A stretch of DNA of 37,201 nucleotides from a virus. Its lineage: Duplodnaviria > Caudoviricetes. A model generated the notes under the pieces. It saw only the letters and a program-made list of their open reading frames with translations, did no database searches and had not been told where the DNA came from. Position numbers and translations under genes: made by a program. Shown here one piece after another: positions 16,150-25,000 of the stretch. The stretch covers positions 1 to 37,201 of IMG/VR virus record IMGVR_UViG_3300027956_000023, one strand, 5' to 3'. Each line of letters begins with the position of its first letter. Within the stretch, counting starts at the first letter, position 1.

Positions 16150-18117
16150 ATGCCATTCCAATCCTCAGATGCTCTTGATGATCAGATGCTGTTGGATGGA
16201 AGCACCGGCTTCAGTACCGGTGTCGTCTCTGCTACTCGTCCCGATGCCATCCCTGCTACGAGCATGGAGTCGGCCATCAACATGGACTACGATGACTTCG
16301 GCAACCTAGTCACTCGTCTCGGATCCATCTCGCTGACCGGTAACAGCGAATCCAGAAACTGGGAGGAAATCCTCAGCACCTGGAACACGACCACCTCCAA
16401 CTACGGCAGTAACCTTCCGACAAATGCGGAGGTCTATTCCGGATTTTACTTTGATACCGCAGCATCCGAGCGACTGGTCATCGCGGTCAGCGATCGGAAC
16501 GCCAACACAAAGAACCTCTACTTCGGTTCCCCCGGCGTTTCGTACAACGCGATCAGCGGCGCGACGCTCAATAACGGGGCCACCTTCGTCTACTTCGCTC
16601 AGCTCAATGACAAGCTGTTCTATTCCGATGGCTTCGGAACCCTGAAGTATGTCTCCAGCGCGAATCTCAATAGCTCCATCGCCGCCGGAAAGATCAGCCG
16701 CATCGATGTGATCAATCAGGGTTCAGGTCACAACTCGATTCCCACGATCACCATATCCGCTCCTCCGAGCGGTGTGACCGCAACCGCGGAAGCAAGAATT
16801 GGCGGCGATGGAGCGGTTCTTTCCATCGTAATCCTGAACCCCGGCAGCGGTTACATCACCGCTCCCACCGTCTCCATCTCGCCGGCCAACCAGTCTCACG
16901 CGGTCGCTTTCGTATCCCTCACGCCGCCCAACAAGCCGCTCTACCTCACCACCCATACCAACCGGCTCTGGGCCGTCTCCGGTGATACCACTATCCAGCC
17001 CGATACCCTCTACTTCTCGGACATCCTCGATGGCGAATCCTGGGATCCACTCGGTTCCATCCGAGTCGGTGGCGACGGCGATCCCATCAAGGGTCTCTAC
17101 TCGTGGTTCGGTTACAAGCTCCTCGTCTTCAAGGAACGCTCAATTTGGAGCGTGGATGCCGATCCTACGCAGGATCCTGCCGATTGGACCATATCACTCA
17201 TCAGCGGCAATATCGGCTGCTCCTCGCACCGCTCCATCGCTGCGGTCGGTGCTGACGTATTCTTCCTCTCACGCGACGGCATCCGGTCGATGGCGCAGAT
17301 CCAAGCCGGCACCCAGACCAGCGTCGGCCTCGCGCTCTCCAGCCCGATCAACGACCTGATCAGCAAGATCGACAAGACCAAGCTCGACCTCTGCGACGGT
17401 GTGTTCTGGAACAACCGTTATCTCTTGGCCGTCCCGTTCGTTATCAACGAAGCAAACGGACTCGGACTGGAGAGCGAGTTCGGTGTTCTCCTCGAATCCA
17501 ATTCGTTGCTCGAACTCGAAGCCGCTTTCCCCCGGAACAACGCGGTCATCGTCTATCATTCACTGGCCCGCTCTTGGCTCGGGTACTGGGACAACTGGCA
17601 GGTGAACGACTTCTTTGCCACCTCGTTCTCTACGTTCGGACCCGTACTCATGTTCGCGGGCGACATGACCTCGATCTCAGAGGGAGCAGGCCAAGTCTGG
17701 TCGTTCAACGACTTCCTCCCGAACACCCGTCTCGCACCTGTCGCAAGCTCCGCGTACCTCGATGGCGGATCCCGTTACCAATCGAGCGTGATCACGAAGG
17801 CGTACAACCTAAACGAGCCAATCCCCGACAAGATCGGGTACAGCGTCCAGTTCGCGTTCGACAATCCGTACACCAGTTCCAATACGGACGCGGCGATCGC
17901 CTACTCGACCGACATGTCGGGGACGTTCACGGACCTTGATTCGAGCCTGACGATCACCAACTCTCAGAAGTTCCTCAAAGCGTACAACCTCATCAGCAAG
18001 GGACGCTGGAACACGATCCAGTTCAGAGTTCAGACCAACCCCAACTCGGGCGGTCGCCTTTCGCTTCAATCCACTATCCTATCTGGCTTCGTTGATTCTG
18101 TGCGTCCTCAGCAATGA
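16150..18117 (+). CDS. Tail nozzle / tail tubular protein B (P22 gp10 / T7 gp12-like beta-propeller)
   Basis: NRLW, LYFSD, LLVFKERSIW, IGCSSHRSI, VFFLSRDGIRS blade motifs; includes an NxGSGY repeat insertion. Confidence 0.82.
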   Translation: MPFQSSDALDDQMLLDGSTGFSTGVVSATRPDAIPATSMESAINMDYDDFGNLVTRLGSISLTGNSESRNWEEILSTWNTTTSNYGSNLPTNAEVYSGFYFDTAASERLVIAVSDRNANTKNLYFGSPGVSYNAISGATLNNGATFVYFAQLNDKLFYSDGFGTLKYVSSANLNSSIAAGKISRIDVINQGSGHNSIPTITISAPPSGVTATAEARIGGDGAVLSIVILNPGSGYITAPTVSISPANQSHAVAFVSLTPPNKPLYLTTHTNRLWAVSGDTTIQPDTLYFSDILDGESWDPLGSIRVGGDGDPIKGLYSWFGYKLLVFKERSIWSVDADPTQDPADWTISLISGNIGCSSHRSIAAVGADVFFLSRDGIRSMAQIQAGTQTSVGLALSSPINDLISKIDKTKLDLCDGVFWNNRYLLAVPFVINEANGLGLESEFGVLLESNSLLELEAAFPRNNAVIVYHSLARSWLGYWDNWQVNDFFATSFSTFGPVLMFAGDMTSISEGAGQVWSFNDFLPNTRLAPVASSAYLDGGSRYQSSVITKAYNLNEPIPDKIGYSVQFAFDNPYTSSNTDAAIAYSTDMSGTFTDLDSSLTITNSQKFLKAYNLISKGRWNTIQFRVQTNPNSGGRLSLQSTILSGFVDSVRPQQ

Positions 18118-18542
18118 CCGCACATCCCACCATCATCGAAGCGGCCCAACTGCTGCGACAGCATTGGCCTACTTGTTCCACATGGAACGATGATCAGCTC
18201 CTCAACTGGATCGGACTCTTCAATGCCAAGAAGCTGATCGGTATTGTGAAGAACGAGGAGGGGAAGTGTGTTGGTGTAGGTGCCGTTCGATTCCTCAACT
18301 CGATCGAGGAGTCCGAGGATCTGAACAACAACTTCCCAGATGGTCACATCGCTTGGATTGAAATAGCGATTGGTGCTGAGCCTCATGCGGTTCAGACACT
18401 CTGGTTGGCCATGATGGGGCTATGCTCGAAGAACGTCACCAAGCTGGGTGGGTTCCGCAAAGGCATTTCCCGTTTGTACGATTTTGACAGGTACTCCAAA
18501 CTACTGATGAACCGAAGGATTTCCTATGGGCGGCACCTATAA
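18114..18542 (+). CDS. Tail-module protein, possibly GNAT-like fold
   Basis: Syntenic position between nozzle and ejection proteins; alpha/beta pattern. Fold is inferred only. Confidence 0.6.
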   Translation: MTAHPTIIEAAQLLRQHWPTCSTWNDDQLLNWIGLFNAKKLIGIVKNEEGKCVGVGAVRFLNSIEESEDLNNNFPDGHIAWIEIAIGAEPHAVQTLWLAMMGLCSKNVTKLGGFRKGISRLYDFDRYSKLLMNRRISYGRHL

Positions 18543-19686
18543 AGCACCAGATATAGCGGCGGCGAACCGCGAGGCCGTCATGGCCTCCATCGAGACTTTC
18601 CCGCTCCAGCGTGAGATCGAGGCGGCATCGCGCATAGGTGCCAAGGTTCAAGTTCCTATCTACAAAGACGGCAAGGAGACCGGTCAGTTTAGAGAGGTTG
18701 ACTTCAAGGACGTTTCCGACATCGCTCAGACCAAAGCGATCGGTCAAGCGTTGGCTGATCTGGCTCCAGTGCAAGCTCAGCGAGAGCTTGAAGCCGCTCA
18801 GAAGTACGGCACCCAGTTCGCCCAGCAACGCCGAGCCGAGCTTCAAGCTCTTGACCCGGAGCGTTACGGCACCGCCACCGAGCCGGGACTCTACGCCCAG
18901 TTTCTCAAGGACATCGGAAGTCGCCCCATCGCCGAGGAAACCATTGCCGCGCCTTCCTACGAGCGCGTGGGCATGCCGGGTGGTCCCCAGGATACCGGTG
19001 AGGCCGCAAGGATCCGCAGCGATCTCGAACGCCAGATCGGTGCCGGTCTCGCTCAGGCCGGTACGCTCGATCCCGCTTTGATCCGAGCCGCTGAGCAGGC
19101 TGTTCGCGCCCGCGGTACCGCTTCCGGCAACGTCCTCGGTAACCTCTCCGCATTCCGCGAAGCCCGCGCTGTCAGCGAAGCGATTGGGAACGCCGATGTC
19201 CAACGCCGTCAGCAGGCTCTTGGCCTACTCCAGAGCGGTCAGACCACCAGCGATGTCGCCAATCGACAAGCGCAGGAAGCCTTCCAGAACATCCTCGCTG
19301 CCACCGGTCAGCGGAACACAGCGATGCAGCAGAGCTTCGCAGGCCAGATGGCTTCGCAGCAACAGCGTCAGGGCGCACAGCAGCAGAACATTGCGAACAT
19401 CCAGTCCGCTCTGGGTCTCCAGCCGATCGTCTCGCAAGCCGCTCAGCTCGGAGGTCTCCAGCAGGGTGCTTCGCCGTTCGCTACTCCTCAGTTGTTCCAA
19501 GGAATGCAGCAGGCCAGTCCTAGTCAGCTCATGCAGACTGGCAGCAATTTCGCTCTCACCAACGCCCAGAACGCATTCCAAGCCTCGCAGGCCGGTTCTC
19601 CGCTGGCCATCATGCAAGGCATCGGTGGTCTTGCTGGTGGAATTGGTCAGCTTGGGACTGGTTATCGCGGTTTTGTTGGACCCTGA
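18526..19686 (+). CDS. Internal virion / DNA ejection (pilot) protein
   Basis: MGG...KAPD start, Q/A-rich helices, ARG motif, Gly-rich hydrophobic C-terminus. Confidence 0.75.
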   Translation: MGGTYKAPDIAAANREAVMASIETFPLQREIEAASRIGAKVQVPIYKDGKETGQFREVDFKDVSDIAQTKAIGQALADLAPVQAQRELEAAQKYGTQFAQQRRAELQALDPERYGTATEPGLYAQFLKDIGSRPIAEETIAAPSYERVGMPGGPQDTGEAARIRSDLERQIGAGLAQAGTLDPALIRAAEQAVRARGTASGNVLGNLSAFREARAVSEAIGNADVQRRQQALGLLQSGQTTSDVANRQAQEAFQNILAATGQRNTAMQQSFAGQMASQQQRQGAQQQNIANIQSALGLQPIVSQAAQLGGLQQGASPFATPQLFQGMQQASPSQLMQTGSNFALTNAQNAFQASQAGSPLAIMQGIGGLAGGIGQLGTGYRGFVGP

Positions 19687-19689
19687 TCT

Positions 19690-20661
19690 ATGGCAAACGA
19701 TACCGGATCAAACTACTTCTTCATACCCGGAGCAGAAACGCCCGCTCCTACTCCGGTCACGCCTCCTCCTGCCACCACCGAACCGGTATCTCCGTTCGAG
19801 AAGTACCTCATCGCGCTGGAGAATCTCCAGCCTCCTGTCGAGCTTACTCTTCCAACCTATCAAGAGCCGGCTCCGACTCCCGTTTTCTCGACCCAGCAGA
19901 TCCGTAGGCCAACAAGCCTCCCTACATTCCAAGTCACTCAGACTCCTAGGCTTGGACCGATTCCGAGCGTCGTTTACGGCTACGATATCCCAACGGCAGT
20001 CGGTTCCTATGAGCCAGACCTGAGCAATCCAGCTACGATCGATCAGCCGTCTTTTGTACAACCTCCCACACAGGAAGTTGAAACAGGCGGCGGAGAGATG
20101 ATCGGTGGAGGAGAACCCACCGAGAGCGTAGAGGTTGGTGATGGACTAATCACCGAGGCGAACAAGAACAAGTACCTCAATGAGTTCACGATGGATCTCC
20201 AAGGATCCAACGTCCGCCCTACGGTCACGTCACCTCCTGAAGACATTGCGCCGCCAGAGATAGAGGCTCCTCCTACTATCGTTACGCCGACTCCGGTGAC
20301 GCCAACTCCGGTCACTCCGACGCCGACCACTCCAGTTCCGGAAGTGAAGATCCCTGAGATCGTTGAGCCTCCGAAGACCACGTTCCCGATTGCCACCGTT
20401 CCGGAAAATCCGGTGGTTCCTACGCCGGTTGTTCCCACTACTCCTGCAAGAGTTCCGGTTACACCAACCAATAGGCAGCCCATCGTGCGCCCTCTGATCG
20501 AGCCAACCACGATTCCGGTTGCGACCCGCAGGATGATTGAGGCTATATCCCCCGGCTACTTCAAGGACATCAACTACGACCCCGAGGAGATCCTCGCCGC
20601 GGCTATGCGGAGCATGGGTGGAAGACAGGCTCGTCGGTCAATCCTCAGCGAAATGCGATAA
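19690..20661 (+). CDS. Pro/Thr-rich low-complexity protein in the ejection module
   Basis: VTPTP tandem repeats (20281-20340); tight gene junctions on both sides. Confidence 0.75.
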   Translation: MANDTGSNYFFIPGAETPAPTPVTPPPATTEPVSPFEKYLIALENLQPPVELTLPTYQEPAPTPVFSTQQIRRPTSLPTFQVTQTPRLGPIPSVVYGYDIPTAVGSYEPDLSNPATIDQPSFVQPPTQEVETGGGEMIGGGEPTESVEVGDGLITEANKNKYLNEFTMDLQGSNVRPTVTSPPEDIAPPEIEAPPTIVTPTPVTPTPVTPTPTTPVPEVKIPEIVEPPKTTFPIATVPENPVVPTPVVPTTPARVPVTPTNRQPIVRPLIEPTTIPVATRRMIEAISPGYFKDINYDPEEILAAAMRSMGGRQARRSILSEMR

Positions 20662-20664
20662 TTT

Positions 20665-22029
20665 ATGGCTACTCCAGACGAAATTAGAAGGCGGCTCGAA
20701 GAGCAGGCCAATAGGCGGGTTAACCCCCTGCTCAAGGGTCTTTCCATGCTCACCGGCGGAATCGCTGGCGAGTTCACCGGAACCAATGAGCAGATCCGCC
20801 AGCAGCGTCAGGCTAAGCGGACTTTGATGGCTGAAGAGGTAGCTGCATTGGAAGATCAGCGGATCCTTGAAAGAGCCAGAATTACGAGAGAAGAAGAGTT
20901 GAAGCGTCGCATTGCAGAGAAAGCTGCCGAGGATGAAGCGCGTCTTCTTGAGGAAACTCGCAAATCACGAGGCGCAGAGATGGCTCTAAAAGGAGAAGAC
21001 ATGGTTGGCCCACTTGATCCAGCGACAATGGCTGGAATGGCTGCTGCAAAGGCGGCTCAAGCAAGGGTTCAAGCTGAGCGTATAAACGCTCTCAAAGGAA
21101 GAGAGACTGAAATGCGTGGTTATCTGGCTGGTCGAGGGGTTCAACTTGGAGATCCAGATGTTGAGACTGTTGCGTTTCTAGAAGCTCAAGAGAGGTCAAA
21201 GGAAGCTCTCAAGAAGGAGCAGGATACCAAAATGCAACTCATGACTCCTAGCGGGTCAGTTGTGTATGGAAGTTATGATGAGCTTGCTAAGAAATATCCT
21301 GCATTAACTGCAAATATATCAGTTGCAAAAACAAAGGAATCAAAACCCTTGGATGTTAGCTTTAGAGAAGCAGATGGGGAGTATGTGTTTAATTTCGGCC
21401 CCGGTGTTTCTCCTGAAGAAGCAGCTAAATATAAGCAGGATGTTTATAAAGCGTTTGGAACTCCTAAGAAAGACGACCTAAGTGGTGAAGGTGCTGGTGG
21501 CGAAGGTACCAAGACGTTTCCAAAAGCACCTCCAGTAAAAGAAGGAGAGCCGATGGTTGGAAGGAGCGACGGCAAAGCGAGATCCGCTGCTGCTGCCGCT
21601 GTGGCTGCTCAGGCTCGTGCTGAGGCTGAACCTCAAGCTCTTGGACCTATGTCGCCCGAACAGGAGTTCTCTGCGATCAACAGGAAGCTGGCCGAAATGG
21701 AAGCCCGCGGTGGATCTTCCGCATACGGAGCTAGGCAGACTTTGACCACTCCGTTTTACACCGACGTTGCGAGCGAATTGAATGTCCAACCGGAGCAAGT
21801 GGGAGGCAGCGTTTACCAGAGGACTCCAAGAACTGTCGTTTCTCAAAACTTCCCCGCTGAACAGTTCCGCAATCTGCCTCAAGAAGTTCAGAACCGTTTG
21901 TACATCGAGGCTATGAACAAGTCTGCTCAGGCGATGCGCGATGCTAAATACAAGCCAAGTGGAACTTTTTCTGAATATCAACTGAATGATCCGTGGATGG
22001 GAAGCATGTTCGATAAGCTGAGCCGCTAA
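20665..22029 (+). CDS. Internal virion / ejection protein (coiled coil)
   Basis: LLKGLSMLTGGIAGEF membrane-interacting segment followed by E/R/A-rich helices. Confidence 0.7.
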   Translation: MATPDEIRRRLEEQANRRVNPLLKGLSMLTGGIAGEFTGTNEQIRQQRQAKRTLMAEEVAALEDQRILERARITREEELKRRIAEKAAEDEARLLEETRKSRGAEMALKGEDMVGPLDPATMAGMAAAKAAQARVQAERINALKGRETEMRGYLAGRGVQLGDPDVETVAFLEAQERSKEALKKEQDTKMQLMTPSGSVVYGSYDELAKKYPALTANISVAKTKESKPLDVSFREADGEYVFNFGPGVSPEEAAKYKQDVYKAFGTPKKDDLSGEGAGGEGTKTFPKAPPVKEGEPMVGRSDGKARSAAAAAVAAQARAEAEPQALGPMSPEQEFSAINRKLAEMEARGGSSAYGARQTLTTPFYTDVASELNVQPEQVGGSVYQRTPRTVVSQNFPAEQFRNLPQEVQNRLYIEAMNKSAQAMRDAKYKPSGTFSEYQLNDPWMGSMFDKLSR

Positions 22030-22033
22030 CATT

Positions 22034-25000
22034 ATGACTAAGACCCAGCGTGATTGGTTGATCGAAAACAAACTCGATCCGGAGGTCTATGATGTAGATG
22101 CGGAAGGGAATGTCTTTGAGAACCCAATCATGGGTAAGACTGAGGCTGGTTTGCGCTCAGCCGCAGCCAGCACAGTTCCTTCTCTGGCTGCTCTTCCTGC
22201 TTCAGTGGCAGGTGGTAAGGGGGGAGCCTTGCTTGGTGCACCGTTTGGTCCTGTTGGAGTGCTTGTAGGCGGAGGTTTAGGCGCGTTGAGCGCAGGTGCT
22301 GCGGCTGCTTACGCTACCAGTAAAGCTCAAGAAGCACTGCTTGAAAGGTATTCCCCTGAGACGCTCCAGAAGCTGTCTCAAGCTCAGGAAGAGCAGCCTG
22401 TCGCTTCGTACATTGGTGGCTTTGCTCCGACCGCGCTAACCGCTCGCCCTTCTTTGAAGGGTCTCAGTGAACTCGCCAGGCCACTGACTCGTCAGGCCAC
22501 GCTACGCGAAGCAATCACCAAGCCCGCATTCGTTGAGCCTGCTATGAATGTGGCGGCGAACGTCGCTCAATCCACCGGTCAGCAGATCGCTGATGTTACA
22601 CAAGGAGGGGAGTTCTCTGGTGGCCAACTCGCAGCAGACATCGCACTCGGTACGCTCTTCAATCGCCCCACTCGATTGGGACGCAAGCTGGGTATGGCTG
22701 AGGGACCGCAAGAAGGTCCGGTTCAGAATCTGGATCTGGAAGAGGCTAGGACTCGGGTAGGCCAGCAGATTGACGCCGAAAGAGTTGCAGCAGAACCCGC
22801 TCAAATTGAGCCTGCTCAACCAAAAGAAGAAGGTGATTGGTGGAAGTCATCCGCTGAACCAAGTGCTGATTTCATCAACGAAAAGGCAGCTAGGTTTAAG
22901 GTTGATGAGTTTGGAAACACTATTGATGCGTTGGCAAAAGAGCCTAACGCTAATGATATAACACAAACTCCTGAGCAAGTTCCTAACTTCATTCAGAATA
23001 AATACGGAGAATCATTACAGTCTACATACGAGAGTCTCAGTAAGATAAACGAGACAAGCGATAAACTGATACGCGGACTTGCTGAAGAGCAGATGGGTGA
23101 GATCCAACGGTCTTTGGCTCGAAAGAAGGAAGCAGAGACTCTTGGGTTTAGAGACATCCTTCCAAAGGCTAACGATGCGGCTCAGGACATCTACGACACA
23201 GTGTCTGGCCGTCTCCAACGCCAGGGCGAAGGAGCGAAGATCACTCAATCTGACATCGATGCAGCCGCTCAGATCGCTGCTCGTCGCAACCTGACCATCG
23301 AGCTGGATCGTCCGTTTGCAGGTTCCACCGAGGTTCGTGGTATGTACCTGTCTGATCCCAAGACAGGTAACCGAATCGTTCGCGTCAACCCGCTCATGGC
23401 TACCGCGGACACGGCCATCCATGAAATCGGTCATGATGTGTTTCAGGGGGTTACGAACCCGTCGATGCGGAAGTCTCTGCTTGAATCCGCTCAAGATACC
23501 CCCGCTTACAAGAGCGAGCTATTGGCCCGCGCTCCAGAGGTTCAAGAAGGCAAGATCACTCCGAAGCAAGCTCAGGAGTTCGCCCTCGAAGAGGGACTCA
23601 TTCAGGCGTTTGGCGAGCAGATTCCGAACATCAAGCGTAGCGAGATACGGTCTTGGTTCTACGCCTTCAAGGCTTCTACCAAGCAGTTGCTGACTGGCAA
23701 GGTATCCCCCGAGGATGCCATCGCGTGGATGCACTATGCGACCACAGAGTCCGTTCCTTGGAAGGGTGTGAATGCTCCAAAGGCTACCGAGCAAAGGTTC
23801 CAACGTCCTGAAGAGCAGAAGACCCGAGCGTTTGCAGGCCGCGTTGCCGAGGCTGAACAGCTTCCCACCGAGGTCCGTGAGACGGTAGGCCAGTCTCCTG
23901 AAGCCCAATACACTCAGCAGAATGTGGGCGAGGTGGTCGATCGCGCATCATCCATGTCGCTCTCTCAGCTCAATGCTGATCTGGCCGATACCTCATCCAA
24001 CACCAGGGTTGCTTCTGGCATGGAGATCTTTGGACGCCAGATCCGTTCTGGAGATGTGGCTGGCGCAAGCAGCACCGCGCTGGCACTTGCGAAAAGCGGA
24101 ACCAGTTGGGGTCAGCTCATCAACCAGTTCAAGCTCCTCAACTCCTCCACCCCGGAGGGATTGGTCCTGCTGGTTCAGAATTCCTTGGCCAACAGGAATC
24201 GCAAGCCAATGACAGCGGAGCAGTCCCAGATCCTTCTGGACGCTGGCAACAAGCTCAAACTGGCCAACGATGAAGTCCTCGCTGCTGGTCGAGTCGCTCG
24301 TGATGCGTTCGCTGCCAACGATCTCAACACGATCAACAAGAGCCTGAAGCAGTTGGACTTGGCCGACGCAAAACGATCCGAGGTCGATGCCATCCTCAAC
24401 GAGCAGCTTGCGAAGATCAATCCAGCCGACGCTGCGGACCTGTTCATCTCGATGGTTCAAGGATCGGTGATGGGTCCGATCTCTATCATCCGCAACGTGG
24501 TGGGTAATGCCATCAATTACCCTTTGCGTGAGCTTGGAGATATCGGTGCTGCACTCATCGATGCGACCTTCTCAAAGGACAAGAACAACTCCTACAACAG
24601 ACGCGCTCGTACCATTGATCGAATCAACGCGATCTACAAGTCGCTACCAGCCGCGACAAAAACTGTCCTCAAGGGTTCCAATGCGATGCCGTATGAACCT
24701 GGAACCGACATTGGTAATCCGCTCAATTTCCAGAGAGCATGGAGGCGGATCGCTGAAGACATGGCCGCTGGCAAAATCGGATCCGCGTTGTCTCCTCGTA
24801 ACCTGACCGAGGCGACCATAGGCATTCTGCCCGACATCATGCTGCGCCTGACTCAGGCCACTGATATCCCGTTCCGGCAGGCTGAACGCGCTCGCATCAT
24901 CGGTGAGATTGGTCGAGCGAAGGGACTGTCAGAAGCTCAGATTCAGATCGCCGTGCGCGATCCCAAACTCGCGTTCGTGACTGATGTAGAAGCTCAACGT

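Noticed and set aside
19184-20023. 279-aa alternative-frame ORF on + (likewise 26707-27327, 27389-28087)
   Set aside because: Ser/Arg/Pro-rich off-frame translation of C-ending codons, overlapping better-supported genes.
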